From a bacterium (lineage in GTDB: Bacteria > Patescibacteriota > Dojkabacteria > JAKAPS01): 62,789 nucleotides of DNA. This document shows, one piece after another, positions 18,334 through 28,961 of this stretch (the stretch's first letter is position 1; every line of letters starts with the position of its first letter). A program made the translations under genes and the position numbers. The notes beneath the pieces are model-generated. The model was not told the DNA's origin, made no database searches, and worked only from the letters and a program-made list of their open reading frames with translations. The stretch covers positions 1 to 62,789 of the forward strand of contig JAKAPS010000006.1 in assembly GCA_021806925.1 (NCBI GenBank), in the 5' to 3' direction.

Positions 18334-20340
18334 TTAATTTGCACTTAGAAATGCCAGTGGAGCTTTATATACATTAAGTCCATCAAGAATATATATGTAT
18401 TTCAAAGAATTATCAACATATATGCTTTTTATATTGCTGAATGAATCATTTGTCATATCTGCAACGAAACTAAATTCTCCCTGTGCTACCTTCCTCAAAG
18501 CTATTATTCTGTTGTTTTGTGGATCAAGCAAAAATATATACCCTATACTTTCATTAGTATATATTGCAGTAGTTGAAGTTAAAGGAATATTTATTAGAGA
18601 TATATTATCAATGGTGTAATTTACTTTTTGTGATGCAAAATATTCTGTAAATCCATTTTCAGGAGAAGCAAAATATATATTACCATCAACCGCTGATGAA
18701 TTTACAACACCAATATTAGTCATATAACTTTCTGGAAGTGAAAAACCACCATTTACATAAAATGATCTATATAGAACAGAATCTTGTGCATCTAAAAAAT
18801 ACAAATTTGAATGAAATGTAAAACAGCCGCTAATACTTGGAAGTGAATTACTTCCTGGAATCTGATTAAATTGTCCGTTCTGATAACTTATAGCTCCATA
18901 ATTGGAATCATACAGTATATATGCCTTTAGGCTATTTGAGTAATATATACACGTACTTGAGTTATATTTATTGTTAATAAAAGACATAGATGATAAATCA
19001 AATATTCCCGATGAAGTTGTAACTAGGTTGTTATCAATTGCTGTTGCATTTGAAACACCATAGGAAGATAAATTAGCAACTGTTTGTAAATTCAACACAT
19101 CAATTCTATGATATGCAAAATATTTTTCACTTATAGATGAGTAGGCGTTATATATAACCTTATCAGTTCTGTAGCTATTATACATTTTATATATTTCGGA
19201 ATATGTTGAATCTATATTAGAAATTGTTAGATTAGCGACTAAATTTTTAGCATTCAACTCATTTGAAGATGTTGTAGCAACTTTATGCTCATATACTTTC
19301 ACGCTTGAGAATAGAAAATAGAAAGATAGAAGTATAATTGGTAAGGAAAATAGGATAAATGAGACAATATTTGCCTTTATTTTTTCCTTAATTTCAAATC
19401 TTGAGAAAATATCCTGTAAAACATTTAATAACACTTTGACTTCACTTCTAGCTAAAAAAAAAAGGCGATTGTTTTTAATATTTTTAATCCAGCTAAAACT
19501 ATCTCTTTTAAGACTAGGTAATTTCTTAATTTTTATACTGTCTAATTTAGCCTTATACAACCCCTTAAATGCAAATTCAGATATATGCTTTTTTTTTTCT
19601 CCTAATTTCAAATTAGATATTATACCGGTAATTGCGTTAAGACCATTCGAAAACACTTTATCCTGGCTATATCCATTTTCAGTATTATCTGACATACCAC
19701 TGTTAAAATCAGAACTAAGATTATCTTCAAATGATATTTTTAAAAACGAAATTTTACCATAACTTTCAGGAAACCTCATAAATATCCTGTCTATTTCTTC
19801 ATCATTAAGCATATTCAAGTTCTCTATACTGCTGCTCTCTTCTCTTTGTAATACACTCCATGAATTACCTGTTAAAATCATTAAAGAATCACCTTCAGTT
19901 ACAATACCAGAAGCAACCATTCCAAAAACTTCTGATTCATCAAGTGCTTCTGAAATTATTGATACCTTATTATCTCTTATTAAACAAATTTTCCCATCTC
20001 CAACTTTTACAAAATATATTGCGTTTTTATATATGACAAGACATGTGGTCTCAAAATCTACATCATCAATACTTTCTTTTACTTCAAGGTAACTGTTCAA
20101 AGAAAATAGAGCATCCTTAAACGATTTTTCAATAACATTTATTAATGCACTTTTATTCTTTATACCAGTTAGAAAATTATCAATAAAAATATCAAGTCCA
20201 GATAGAGCATCAACACCCTTTTTAACACGCATATCACAAACGGAGAATATATTTAATTCTTCATCTTTATATTCATATATTTTAGAGACATGAGATAAAC
20301 TACTTATCTCCTCTTGATATGTTTTTACCTTTATATTCAT
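18334..20340 (-). CDS. Single-pass membrane protein: degenerate PP2C-like N-terminus, TM at about aa 325-345, C-terminal beta-propeller
   Basis: VKVGDGKICLIR resembles the PP2C GD motif; NLYFLD / NIYF / YIFLLDPQNNRI / YIYILDG NHL-like blades. Confidence 0.5.
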   Translation of the reverse strand: MNIKVKTYQEEISSLSHVSKIYEYKDEELNIFSVCDMRVKKGVDALSGLDIFIDNFLTGIKNKSALINVIEKSFKDALFSLNSYLEVKESIDDVDFETTCLVIYKNAIYFVKVGDGKICLIRDNKVSIISEALDESEVFGMVASGIVTEGDSLMILTGNSWSVLQREESSSIENLNMLNDEEIDRIFMRFPESYGKISFLKISFEDNLSSDFNSGMSDNTENGYSQDKVFSNGLNAITGIISNLKLGEKKKHISEFAFKGLYKAKLDSIKIKKLPSLKRDSFSWIKNIKNNRLFFLARSEVKVLLNVLQDIFSRFEIKEKIKANIVSFILFSLPIILLSFYFLFSSVKVYEHKVATTSSNELNAKNLVANLTISNIDSTYSEIYKMYNSYRTDKVIYNAYSSISEKYFAYHRIDVLNLQTVANLSSYGVSNATAIDNNLVTTSSGIFDLSSMSFINNKYNSSTCIYYSNSLKAYILYDSNYGAISYQNGQFNQIPGSNSLPSISGCFTFHSNLYFLDAQDSVLYRSFYVNGGFSLPESYMTNIGVVNSSAVDGNIYFASPENGFTEYFASQKVNYTIDNISLINIPLTSTTAIYTNESIGYIFLLDPQNNRIIALRKVAQGEFSFVADMTNDSFSNIKSIYVDNSLKYIYILDGLNVYKAPLAFLSAN

Positions 20341-20363
20341 TTATTAATATGTATAAAAATAAC

Positions 20364-22679
20364 TCAAAACTGCTCCTCCTCTATTTTATCACCTTTTTTT
20401 CCTGAATACACGACTTGTGAATTAATTACAATAGTATAATCCGAATTTGCGACCAAGCTATTATCTGTTGGGCTGAATCCAAATAGACCAATTCTTATAC
20501 ATTCGTCCCCTGAATCACTTAACAAACAATTGTTTGGATTTGCACTAGTTATTCCTGATAGAGTAGTTATATTTGTATTTGGATAATAAAACCCTAATAT
20601 TTGATTAAAGTTTTGTCCACTCTCTGCTCTACCTAACGCTCCACATTGACTCATACCTATAGAGTGACCAAAACCATATGTATACACTGTAAACGTACCG
20701 TCAGAGTTATTAGTAAAGAAACCGTTGTTGATTGACATAAAATCACTAAGTGGGGAGAGTAAATTAAATGCCATATAGAAACTTATACTTCCTAATGTGT
20801 AAGTTCCATTCTGCCCGTACAATACAATTGAATTAATATAGTCTTTATTAGCTGATACATTTTCAAGACTCTGTAATGAATCAGTTGAATACCCACTTCC
20901 GTTAGGACTATATGTGAATTCTGCTTTTTGAAAATTACCAATAGCATTTGTCATATAGCTTGAGTAATTTAGATTTGTATTTATATTATTTATGCTATTA
21001 CCTTCATTTATATATATGCTCGCACCAAGTATATTTGTGAGTTGACTTAAAGTCAGAACACCACCATTTCCATTCCATGATACAGGATTCGCTGTTCTAA
21101 AATATTCATTTTGACATAAGTTTGTCGTATCCCCTGGATAATTAAAATCATCAAATTCATTGGACGAACTTCCATCAACTTGAGACGGTAAGTATGGATA
21201 CGGAGTGGTACTCCACCCCATGTCTATATTACTCCTTTCATATCCCCCATTATTAGCACTAAAAAATGGTTCAATTAACGAATTATTATTCTCTAGCACG
21301 TCACCATTTGTACTTGTTTCAGCACTATATTTATATGTTTCTGCACTTGTTCCATCAATACCAATATAGCTCTGATCTTGTGTTGTATTCGTTATATCAT
21401 AATGCAGATTATTTGTAGATGAATTATATTTTCCGCTCTGTTTTATATATAGCCCATACGTCCTTGAGGCAATCAATTGTGCCTCCAATGCATTATTGCT
21501 ACCTATAGTCCCCCAATCATCTGGCATTTCCCCTATTCCTGCAACATAATCTTCTGTTGAAGTTTGTTCAATAAAGTTAGCATTTGTATCAACCCTAAAT
21601 TCAATACTACCAGAATAACACCCTGTTCTTTGTCCAGATGAAATTCCCCATGCTTCATTTATATTAGATGGAACAAATTGGATAGGAGCGGAAATATTCC
21701 TTAATATTTGTGCTCCATTTACAGCAACAGAAATTGTATTTGAATTTCCACCAGATTGAATACCAGCTCCGTTAGGAGAAAAAAATGAACACTCAGTCCC
21801 TGCCAAAGTTGTTAATGTTGTTGATGAAGGTGTAGGTGTAATAGATGTACTTGTTGGTGTAATAACTGGAGAAGAAACTGGCGTAGGAGCAGAAACAATA
21901 GTTCCTCCTTGTTGCTGAGTAGATTGTGTATTTATAGCGTTTTCTATAGATTGCTGTTTTGAATTTATGATATTCTGTTCTTCTTGATTAAGACTGCTAA
22001 GTTGAGATTGATAATTGCTAATCTGACCCATCAATGAAGACTCATTAGAATTAAGTGTAGTCAGCTGCTCTGATAGATAGTTTTGATCCTCCTTTGCTTT
22101 TTGTTCATCTGCTTTATATTTTGCTTCTTCAAGGGTTAAACTGCTTAATTCGTTTTGTATAGAAGATATATTACTGTTTTCCTGTTGAATATTCGCTAAA
22201 TCTTGGTTAATATAGCTCTCTTCAAGATTTGCAAAATATATAACATTCTTAACACTAAACATACTTAAGGCTTCAAGGTATGGATTAGCATATGAGTTTT
22301 CATAGAATGATTTTATAGCATTATCTCTATTTGCAATTAAAGCGTCTAATATTGAATTTAAATTATTCCTCTTTGTGTTTGCCTGGCTAATCAAACTATT
22401 AACATTTGACAAGTTACTATTTAGAGAGTTTATTTCACTTTGAAGACCTTGAATATTGCTTTTGTATGAACCGATTGTAGATTCATCAACACTTATCTGT
22501 TTGTTATTTTGTGATATAGAATTATTTAACTGTGTAATCTCTGAATTAATTGCGTTCAATTGAGATTGTGTGTCCCCTGTACTCTGTCCTGAAACTGAAG
22601 TAAAGATAGCTGTTTTTAAAGAAAAGATAATAGGAATTAGAAATAATACAATTAAAATTATGTATACATTTTTTCTCAT
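20364..22679 (-). CDS. SpoIID/LytB-domain peptidoglycan lytic transglycosylase with N-terminal coiled coil and S/T/P linker
   Basis: EDYVAGIGEMP, ALEAQLIASRTY, GFGHSIGMSQCGA...ILGFYYP; signal/TM anchor. Confidence 0.88.
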   Translation of the reverse strand: MRKNVYIILIVLFLIPIIFSLKTAIFTSVSGQSTGDTQSQLNAINSEITQLNNSISQNNKQISVDESTIGSYKSNIQGLQSEINSLNSNLSNVNSLISQANTKRNNLNSILDALIANRDNAIKSFYENSYANPYLEALSMFSVKNVIYFANLEESYINQDLANIQQENSNISSIQNELSSLTLEEAKYKADEQKAKEDQNYLSEQLTTLNSNESSLMGQISNYQSQLSSLNQEEQNIINSKQQSIENAINTQSTQQQGGTIVSAPTPVSSPVITPTSTSITPTPSSTTLTTLAGTECSFFSPNGAGIQSGGNSNTISVAVNGAQILRNISAPIQFVPSNINEAWGISSGQRTGCYSGSIEFRVDTNANFIEQTSTEDYVAGIGEMPDDWGTIGSNNALEAQLIASRTYGLYIKQSGKYNSSTNNLHYDITNTTQDQSYIGIDGTSAETYKYSAETSTNGDVLENNNSLIEPFFSANNGGYERSNIDMGWSTTPYPYLPSQVDGSSSNEFDDFNYPGDTTNLCQNEYFRTANPVSWNGNGGVLTLSQLTNILGASIYINEGNSINNINTNLNYSSYMTNAIGNFQKAEFTYSPNGSGYSTDSLQSLENVSANKDYINSIVLYGQNGTYTLGSISFYMAFNLLSPLSDFMSINNGFFTNNSDGTFTVYTYGFGHSIGMSQCGALGRAESGQNFNQILGFYYPNTNITTLSGITSANPNNCLLSDSGDECIRIGLFGFSPTDNSLVANSDYTIVINSQVVYSGKKGDKIEEEQF

Positions 22680-24808
22680 AAATTAAAAACACTTCCTCCC
22701 CATGTGTCAAATGTATTTGTATGGGAGAATATTATTATTTGGTGAGTATCTTTGACTTTATACAGTATATTTTTTATATTCTCCATTCTTCTGTCATCTA
22801 TTTCAAGAAATGTATCGTCAAAAAATACTGGTATGTTTGCATTAAGAAGCGAATCAATAATACTTAGGCGGAGTGATATGTACAATAGGTCAATTGTTCC
22901 ACTGGACAGATTCTCTATATCAATAAATGACTGTTTCTCATCAGAAAATACCTTTATATTATTCAAATTTTCAAGATCAATCCTACTATATTTTCCAGAC
23001 GTAAAATCGTTTACATATTTTGAGAAATTTTCGCTTATTACCTTTATTTTTGAAGTCGATGACTCTTTAAGTGTAAGTTCAATAGCACTCGAAGCATATT
23101 TATTAATCTTAAGCTCCCTATTTTTCTCTTCAATCTGTTTGTCTAATTTGTCCAATTTCAATTTATATTCCTCACTCTTAGATGCTTTAGTGCTTGAATT
23201 AAGTCCATCTAATTTTCCCCGTTCCTTTGCAATATCTTTATCTGTAGATTCAATATCTCTAGCTAGTAATTCAGCTTCTTTCTTTGAATACATATAATCA
23301 CTATCAGTAACAACTGGAATTGAATCAAGTTGCTTAGATTTTTCATCACATTCTATTTTTTTATGAATAAGTTCTGAATAATCACTATTCAATTTTTCTA
23401 AAGACATTCCGTCTAATACATCATTAATAGATTTATTTATCTGCTCAATCTCAATATCCATTGTTATCAAATTAGTCTTCATTGTATAAATCTCTTCAAG
23501 TGACTGAACACCAGGATATTTCTTCAATTCATCATGTATTTTCTCATCAATAATAGCAATATCACTATCTTCCTTGACGACCTCTTTCTTTAAAGAATTA
23601 TCCTCAACAGTTTTCCTCTGAATTGGAAAAATTTTAAGATATATTAAAAATATTGATACAATAAGCACAATTATGAACGGAATTAGAAATATGTAACTAA
23701 ATATGAGTGTTAAAACTAAAAAGAATAAAAGAAATATACCAGCAATTGATAATGGAAATATTTCTTTTATCTCGATTTTAGGAGGTACATTCTTAGCAGT
23801 TTCTATTATTTCGTCTTTCTTAATTAACAAGACTTCCTTCTCCTTCATATACCTGTTTATATTCTCTATAGATACGGTAACCTGTTTCAACAGATCCTTT
23901 AAAGAACCGTTAGGAATCTGAGATAAATTAAGAATTTCTTTTGAAGAAGAGTTAATACTTTCTAGCCTTTTTTCATATCCTTCAACTTTTATCTTTATGT
24001 TCTCAATTAATTTAAGCTTTTCATTTACTTCATTCACACTATTTAAAACTCCTGACCGTTTCTCATAATTAGATATATTATCCTGATGTTTTTTAAGTTC
24101 ATTAACATACCCCTCCTTCTCTTTCAAAAGTTCTTCAATTGCCTTATTTGAGATTTCTGTAGTTTTACCAACTTCAACACTTTTTGTATACTCTTCGCTT
24201 ATAACTGATCTACTGTCAATAAGGCTTTTCAATTCTCCAGAGTTTTTTGATGGGTGATTTAATCCAAGTTCAATTTGAGAAACTCTATTATCTAAATACT
24301 TTATTATTCTATTTATTGAATCAAGCGGCTCATCTATCGATAATTTTTCAATTTCACCCTGAAGAAATTCCTGCGATTTTTTAGAAAATGAGTTGTTAAT
24401 TTTATCTATAAAGGCTACATTTAAAAATATATCTTTATTGCTAGATCCAATAACTTCCTGAATAAATGGTAATACAAGGTCCCCTTCTATTACATTCCTG
24501 TTTATTATATCCCTTATGAAATATTTTTTATCCTTATATGATTTTGTAATGGAATACATTTTCCCATTATGTAAGAACACTAATTCAATTTCTGGTAATT
24601 CCGCTGATTGCCATGATTTATATTTTTCAATTGTTGTCTTGGAAAAATCTGATGAGAAAATTACATCAGTAATAGCGGAAAATACAGTAGATTTACCAGC
24701 TTCATTTCTTCCTTTTATTACAACAATTCCTGAATCAATAGTGTTAAAGGATATAACCAGATTATCTATTTTCTTAAAGTTCTGTATCTTCAATTCAACA
24801 ATTTTCAT
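22676..24808 (-). CDS. SbcC/Rad50 (YhaN-like) SMC ATPase
   Basis: GRNEAGKST Walker A, long coiled coil with a central hydrophobic segment, LSSGT signature, FFDD Walker B, FSH. Confidence 0.88.
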   Translation of the reverse strand: MKIVELKIQNFKKIDNLVISFNTIDSGIVVIKGRNEAGKSTVFSAITDVIFSSDFSKTTIEKYKSWQSAELPEIELVFLHNGKMYSITKSYKDKKYFIRDIINRNVIEGDLVLPFIQEVIGSSNKDIFLNVAFIDKINNSFSKKSQEFLQGEIEKLSIDEPLDSINRIIKYLDNRVSQIELGLNHPSKNSGELKSLIDSRSVISEEYTKSVEVGKTTEISNKAIEELLKEKEGYVNELKKHQDNISNYEKRSGVLNSVNEVNEKLKLIENIKIKVEGYEKRLESINSSSKEILNLSQIPNGSLKDLLKQVTVSIENINRYMKEKEVLLIKKDEIIETAKNVPPKIEIKEIFPLSIAGIFLLFFLVLTLIFSYIFLIPFIIVLIVSIFLIYLKIFPIQRKTVEDNSLKKEVVKEDSDIAIIDEKIHDELKKYPGVQSLEEIYTMKTNLITMDIEIEQINKSINDVLDGMSLEKLNSDYSELIHKKIECDEKSKQLDSIPVVTDSDYMYSKKEAELLARDIESTDKDIAKERGKLDGLNSSTKASKSEEYKLKLDKLDKQIEEKNRELKINKYASSAIELTLKESSTSKIKVISENFSKYVNDFTSGKYSRIDLENLNNIKVFSDEKQSFIDIENLSSGTIDLLYISLRLSIIDSLLNANIPVFFDDTFLEIDDRRMENIKNILYKVKDTHQIIIFSHTNTFDTWGGSVFNL

Positions 24809-25857
24809 AAAGTGTTCTCCTTTCCTTCAAGCAATTTTATACAATACTCTAATATATCCTGCTTTTCTTCTTCTGATATCTCCCCTTTATCATATATATT
24901 CTTTTTTAACAATTTTCTGAATTCATTTTTCTGTACCAATTGTTCGATATCTTCACTTTGTTCAACTTGGATATCCAACGACAAAGCAAAAAACATTCCA
25001 TTCAATCTTCTTGTAAATTCCATTTCTTCAGGAATGAAATATGTTACATCTCTAGATCCATTTACTGAAATTAATGCTACAGTAAATTCACTACTGAAGT
25101 GTTTAATATGTTCAATAATATCTTCAAAGTTCTTAAAATCATTTATATTAATATCGATAGATACAACTGAGTATTTAGTCCATCTTTCCTTTAATATATG
25201 TACACCACCTTCATCTAAAAACTCGCCGAATACTACATTACCAAAATCTTTATCTTCTTTTTCAAGCATTTCAAAACTACCTGGGTAAACTATCCTGCCG
25301 TTATTATCGTTTAGAATATATTCCTTAAAACCATGAAAATGACCGAGGGCAACATAGTCAACACCAGTTTCTCTTAATTTCTCAATTGGAAATTCATCCG
25401 GATATGCTCCATGTAAAAGTAAAGCACCATACTTCAATGGATTATCATTTTTTGAAAAACTAAGTGTTCTATCGCTAAATACCTTTATATTAAGATCTGG
25501 AAATTCTACGCTTGATCCATTCTCTAATACATGTACTGTACTTAATACTTCAATTCTAGGTTTCAATTCATTGTATATTAATTCATCATGGTTACCAAAT
25601 ATCATCGCAACATTTATTTTCTGTTCATTAGATTTCTCTAGAAATGACACAAAGGCATTCTTTTGATATTCATTTATATCATTCCCATCAAATATATCAC
25701 CAGCTATCAATAGAAGCGTTATATGATCACTAACTAATCTATCCAATAATCTATTTAGGTTTGTTATTATGGATGATCTTAAATCGTCTGCATGATCACC
25801 GAACACAAGAAACTTTGCCCCTAAATGAACATCAGAAATATGTGCAAACTTAATCAT
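24805..25857 (-). CDS. SbcD/Mre11 (YhaO-like) metallophosphoesterase nuclease
   Basis: HISDVHLG, AGDIFD, GNHD, LLHG, ALGHFH, VYPGS; ATGA overlap with the SbcC-like gene. Confidence 0.92.
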   Translation of the reverse strand: MIKFAHISDVHLGAKFLVFGDHADDLRSSIITNLNRLLDRLVSDHITLLLIAGDIFDGNDINEYQKNAFVSFLEKSNEQKINVAMIFGNHDELIYNELKPRIEVLSTVHVLENGSSVEFPDLNIKVFSDRTLSFSKNDNPLKYGALLLHGAYPDEFPIEKLRETGVDYVALGHFHGFKEYILNDNNGRIVYPGSFEMLEKEDKDFGNVVFGEFLDEGGVHILKERWTKYSVVSIDININDFKNFEDIIEHIKHFSSEFTVALISVNGSRDVTYFIPEEMEFTRRLNGMFFALSLDIQVEQSEDIEQLVQKNEFRKLLKKNIYDKGEISEEEKQDILEYCIKLLEGKENTL

Positions 25858-26107
25858 TTTTACAATTATATATTAACATATGAAAATACATTTATATATA
25901 AAAAAGTAAAGTGTCAGAGATTTTTTAGCTTAATTTTTCAATATCACTTAATAAGTATTTTTTTTATTAAGTTTATCTGTATTAATAATTATACAATATA
26001 TATATTAACATGTAACTATCCCCTCACTCTTTTTTCTCTAATAGAAAGTCTTCACTATAATATATATGTAATCTATATTTTACTATGTGAAAGCAGAATG
26101 TAATAAA

Positions 26108-26524
26108 TTAAAGGTGATTGTTAGGATTCCCAGGAACACTTGATGGTTCATATTGATAGGTAGGAGTGAATGTACTTTGTAAATTGAACTTAAAATTACC
26201 ATTGGAAAAACTAAAACCAGATGAAAGCCCAGTAACACTGCTTAACAATTGTAGAATAATAAAAGAAAGGAACACCAAGCCAAAACCAACTACACTGTAG
26301 AGTAACCCCTTAGCTGTTTTATCTACATTTTCCTTTTTGCCTCCTGATGTTATGTACCTGAGTCCAGTTACTATAATCATTATGAAAAGAACAATAGCAG
26401 AGCCAATCAATAGTAATGATATCAGTGAGCCAGCCATGGAACCAAAACTCAACAATGTTGGTGGACAAACTGATCCTTGACAATTCATATAAATATTTTC
26501 TTTACTGATTTCAGTATACAACAA
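26108..26524 (-). CDS. VirB2/TrbC-like pilin (T4SS_pilin type)
   Basis: Two hydrophobic helices around GLRYITSGG...AK.L.YSVVG; start could be ATG 26488. Confidence 0.7.
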   Translation of the reverse strand: MLYTEISKENIYMNCQGSVCPPTLLSFGSMAGSLISLLLIGSAIVLFIMIIVTGLRYITSGGKKENVDKTAKGLLYSVVGFGLVFLSFIILQLLSSVTGLSSGFSFSNGNFKFNLQSTFTPTYQYEPSSVPGNPNNHL

Positions 26525-26550
26525 AACGGCGGATATATAAAATACCCGCC
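26523..26550 (-). terminator. Intrinsic terminator after pilin 26583..27068
   Basis: Minus strand GGCGGGTAT...ATATCCGCC followed by GTTTTG. Confidence 0.65.
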
Positions 26551-26582
26551 ATTAGTTAACAAATGCTTGTACAAATATTTGT

Positions 26583-27068
26583 TTACGAACCTGGATATGT
26601 TCCTCCAGATCCACTGTTTGAGCTACTAGTTGGGGATGTTCCATTTTGCAAACAACCAGAAACTCCAGAACTACCATTGATACCACATGGAAGTGTTATT
26701 GAGTTTGGTGAGCTTAAACCTAAAAGACTAAATATCAATTGAACTATTAAATATGAAAATATTATTATTAAAAGTCCAACTACTGCTGATATTATTTTTT
26801 CTTTTGCTTTCTTCTTTTTATCCTCTGAGTCCCCTGTCATCCATTGAAACCCTGCCATTATTATCATAACAAGAGCGACTAATCCAGACAAAACAAATAC
26901 AAAGTTAATAATATTTCCAATCAAATTATTCAAATACTGATTTGTATTAGATCCGAAATATTGAGCAAGAGATGGTGGGACAAATCCACTTGCGTGAACG
27001 ACACCAAAAACCATACTTCCTAAAAATATCACTAATGTAAATACTAAAATTTTTCTAAAATTTCGCAT
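26583..27068 (-). CDS. VirB2/TrbC-like pilin, candidate major subunit (start revised from GTG 27080 to ATG 27068)
   Basis: Signal peptide, AGFQWMTG...KKAKEKIISAVVGL; AAGGGGGTGA SD-like site at 27077-27086, 8 nt before the ATG. Confidence 0.78.
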   Translation of the reverse strand: MRNFRKILVFTLVIFLGSMVFGVVHASGFVPPSLAQYFGSNTNQYLNNLIGNIINFVFVLSGLVALVMIIMAGFQWMTGDSEDKKKKAKEKIISAVVGLLIIIFSYLIVQLIFSLLGLSSPNSITLPCGINGSSGVSGCLQNGTSPTSSSNSGSGGTYPGS

Positions 27069-27099
27069 TAAAATATTCACCCCCTTTTTTCATTTTTTT

Positions 27100-27780
27100 T
27101 TACAAACTTACTGCTGATGTAATTGTACTAAATAACTGAGTAAAACTAAAGTTCACAGGGAAACCAATCATTGAAAGGACAATTTCGACTATTGCAAATG
27201 AAAGAATAACCAATAATATACCAATAAATCCAGTAGTCAATGTTTTTCTTGCCTTCTCAACTTTTGACTTCTCACCTTCACTCATCATTATCATATATCC
27301 TCCCCATATGATTGTAACAAAGAAAAGAAGTCCTGCTATTGAGAATACAAACATTATTATTCCTTCTATAATACCGTCAACACTACTGTATGATGTTATA
27401 ACTGGACCGTTTGACGTGATACCTGAAAATATTCCACTTATTCCTAATATTGATGCTAGACCACTTTCAGAACTTGTCGGAGTTGGAAGGACAACTTCAG
27501 AACCAATTTTTTTAAATATTGAAGCTATTCCACTATCCGTAACTGTTGAAGTGACTGTTGAAGTAAGTGAATTTGATCCAACAATAGGTTGTGGTGATGA
27601 TCCATTAGAACACCCTCCGTTATCTACCTGTACATTAGGACATGGTGTTACAGCAAAAACATTTGCTCTGCTATTTAGTAAAAATAGACTATTTGATTGT
27701 GTAAAAAAAATTGATAAAAAGAATATAACCAATATCGTTTTTATATATTTAACATATTTCATATATTTTTTATTATTCAA
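27100..27780 (-). CDS. VirB2/TrbC-like pilin with S/T-rich N-terminal extension
   Basis: WGGYMIMMSEG...KARKTLTTGFIG. Confidence 0.75.
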   Translation of the reverse strand: MNNKKYMKYVKYIKTILVIFFLSIFFTQSNSLFLLNSRANVFAVTPCPNVQVDNGGCSNGSSPQPIVGSNSLTSTVTSTVTDSGIASIFKKIGSEVVLPTPTSSESGLASILGISGIFSGITSNGPVITSYSSVDGIIEGIIMFVFSIAGLLFFVTIIWGGYMIMMSEGEKSKVEKARKTLTTGFIGILLVILSFAIVEIVLSMIGFPVNFSFTQLFSTITSAVSL

Positions 27781-27791
27781 CCATAATTTTA

Positions 27792-28406
27792 CTAAAATAG
27801 TATACTATTTAATGATGTGAGACCTAACAGACCTATTATTATCTTTATAATGATAACTGAAAATGCAATCAATGCAATACCTACGATAGTGTAAGTTAAT
27901 ATATGTTGACCTTTCTTCACTTGTTCATCAGAGTCCCCTGCTGTTAAATATGTAAATCCTCCGTATACAATAGATCCAAAGGCAAACAACCCTATAAATG
28001 TATACAACATATCTTTAAATAAGTTGAAAACATCAGCGAATGTTGTTACTTTGGATTCCACATTACTTAATTTTCCAATATTTGAAAGACATTGTCCATC
28101 TGTAATAGCACCAGACTTAGGACAACATTCCGTTCCAGAAACAACTCCATCCCCAGCATTTGGAGTATACGAACAAACAGGCAACTGAAATGGAACCCCA
28201 CCTTCTACAGACAAACTTGAAGCTGGGTCCTGATAACACACTCCGTTATATATCAATCCATTAATTCCATAGTAATCACATGGATCATAATTTGATGAAT
28301 CAAAATTTATTGGCGTAACAGTTGGTGTAGTATTAGCTGCAAATACTGAACTAGAAAGTAAAGAGATATATATAATTCCTATTAACGTAAATATAAATAA
28401 CTTCAT
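27792..28406 (-). CDS. VirB2/TrbC-like pilin with Cys-rich N-terminal domain
   Basis: YGGFTYLTAGDSDEQVKKGQHILTYTIVG; six Cys upstream. Confidence 0.78.
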   Translation of the reverse strand: MKLFIFTLIGIIYISLLSSSVFAANTTPTVTPINFDSSNYDPCDYYGINGLIYNGVCYQDPASSLSVEGGVPFQLPVCSYTPNAGDGVVSGTECCPKSGAITDGQCLSNIGKLSNVESKVTTFADVFNLFKDMLYTFIGLFAFGSIVYGGFTYLTAGDSDEQVKKGQHILTYTIVGIALIAFSVIIIKIIIGLLGLTSLNSILF

Positions 28407-28777
28407 AACCCCAGGTTTATATTAAATAATATTTCAATTATTTTTATTATCATACCAGCAAATCCTATTATAACCGTACCTATGAGTGAATTCGTCAATA
28501 TTTTCTTTGCTGACTTTATTTTTTGATCAGAACCATAATCTAGCATATACATAATTCCAGAATATATTATCATAGAAACAAATATTAAACCTGTTAAAAA
28601 AAACACTATATCCAGTGTATGACTAAATAAAGTTTGAATATATGTTTGGAAATCTGTAGTCCCAAAAGGGCTTTGAACTGTTATATTATCAGCATATACA
28701 TATTGAGAATTTAGAAATTCTATAAGAAATACATAAAAAGATCCTATTGATATGTTTTTTAATAATTTTTTAATCAT
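28403..28777 (-). CDS. VirB2/TrbC-like pilin
   Basis: YSGIMYMLDYG...KSAKKILTNSLIG; ATGA overlap with the next gene. Confidence 0.75.
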   Translation of the reverse strand: MIKKLLKNISIGSFYVFLIEFLNSQYVYADNITVQSPFGTTDFQTYIQTLFSHTLDIVFFLTGLIFVSMIIYSGIMYMLDYGSDQKIKSAKKILTNSLIGTVIIGFAGMIIKIIEILFNINLGL

Positions 28778-28863
28778 ATTAAACTAGACGGCTCATTTGC
28801 TCTAAATAAATTACCCCTATAATCTCTAATAATTGTAACACTGAATATTATCAATAGCAATCA
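28774..28863 (-). pseudogene. Decayed duplicate of the 3' end of pilin 28962..30248
   Basis: Reads *LLLIIFSVTI...SSLI* against LLLIIFSVTILKIIGVSILGINVLSSLI*; LEIIGV appears in the shifted frame; identical 18-mer AATCATATTAAACTAGAC at 28772-28789 and 28960-28977. Confidence 0.75.
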
Positions 28864-28961
28864 AAAGACTAATATTACCTGTAATTTTTTATATAACTGT
28901 AAATACTTTATAGCAGGAATTATACTGATAATCTGTTTTAGTAAGTACAAATATATCCCAA

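Noticed and set aside
19454-19598. Other 10-nt homopolymers (A10 19454-19463, T10 19589-19598) as phase-variation sites
   Set aside because: Both lie in frame within an intact ORF; they show such runs are common here and temper the 59951 finding
25858-26107. ORF 25825..26103 or an ncRNA in the 250-bp gap
   Set aside because: Extremely AT-rich, with no motif or stable structure evident
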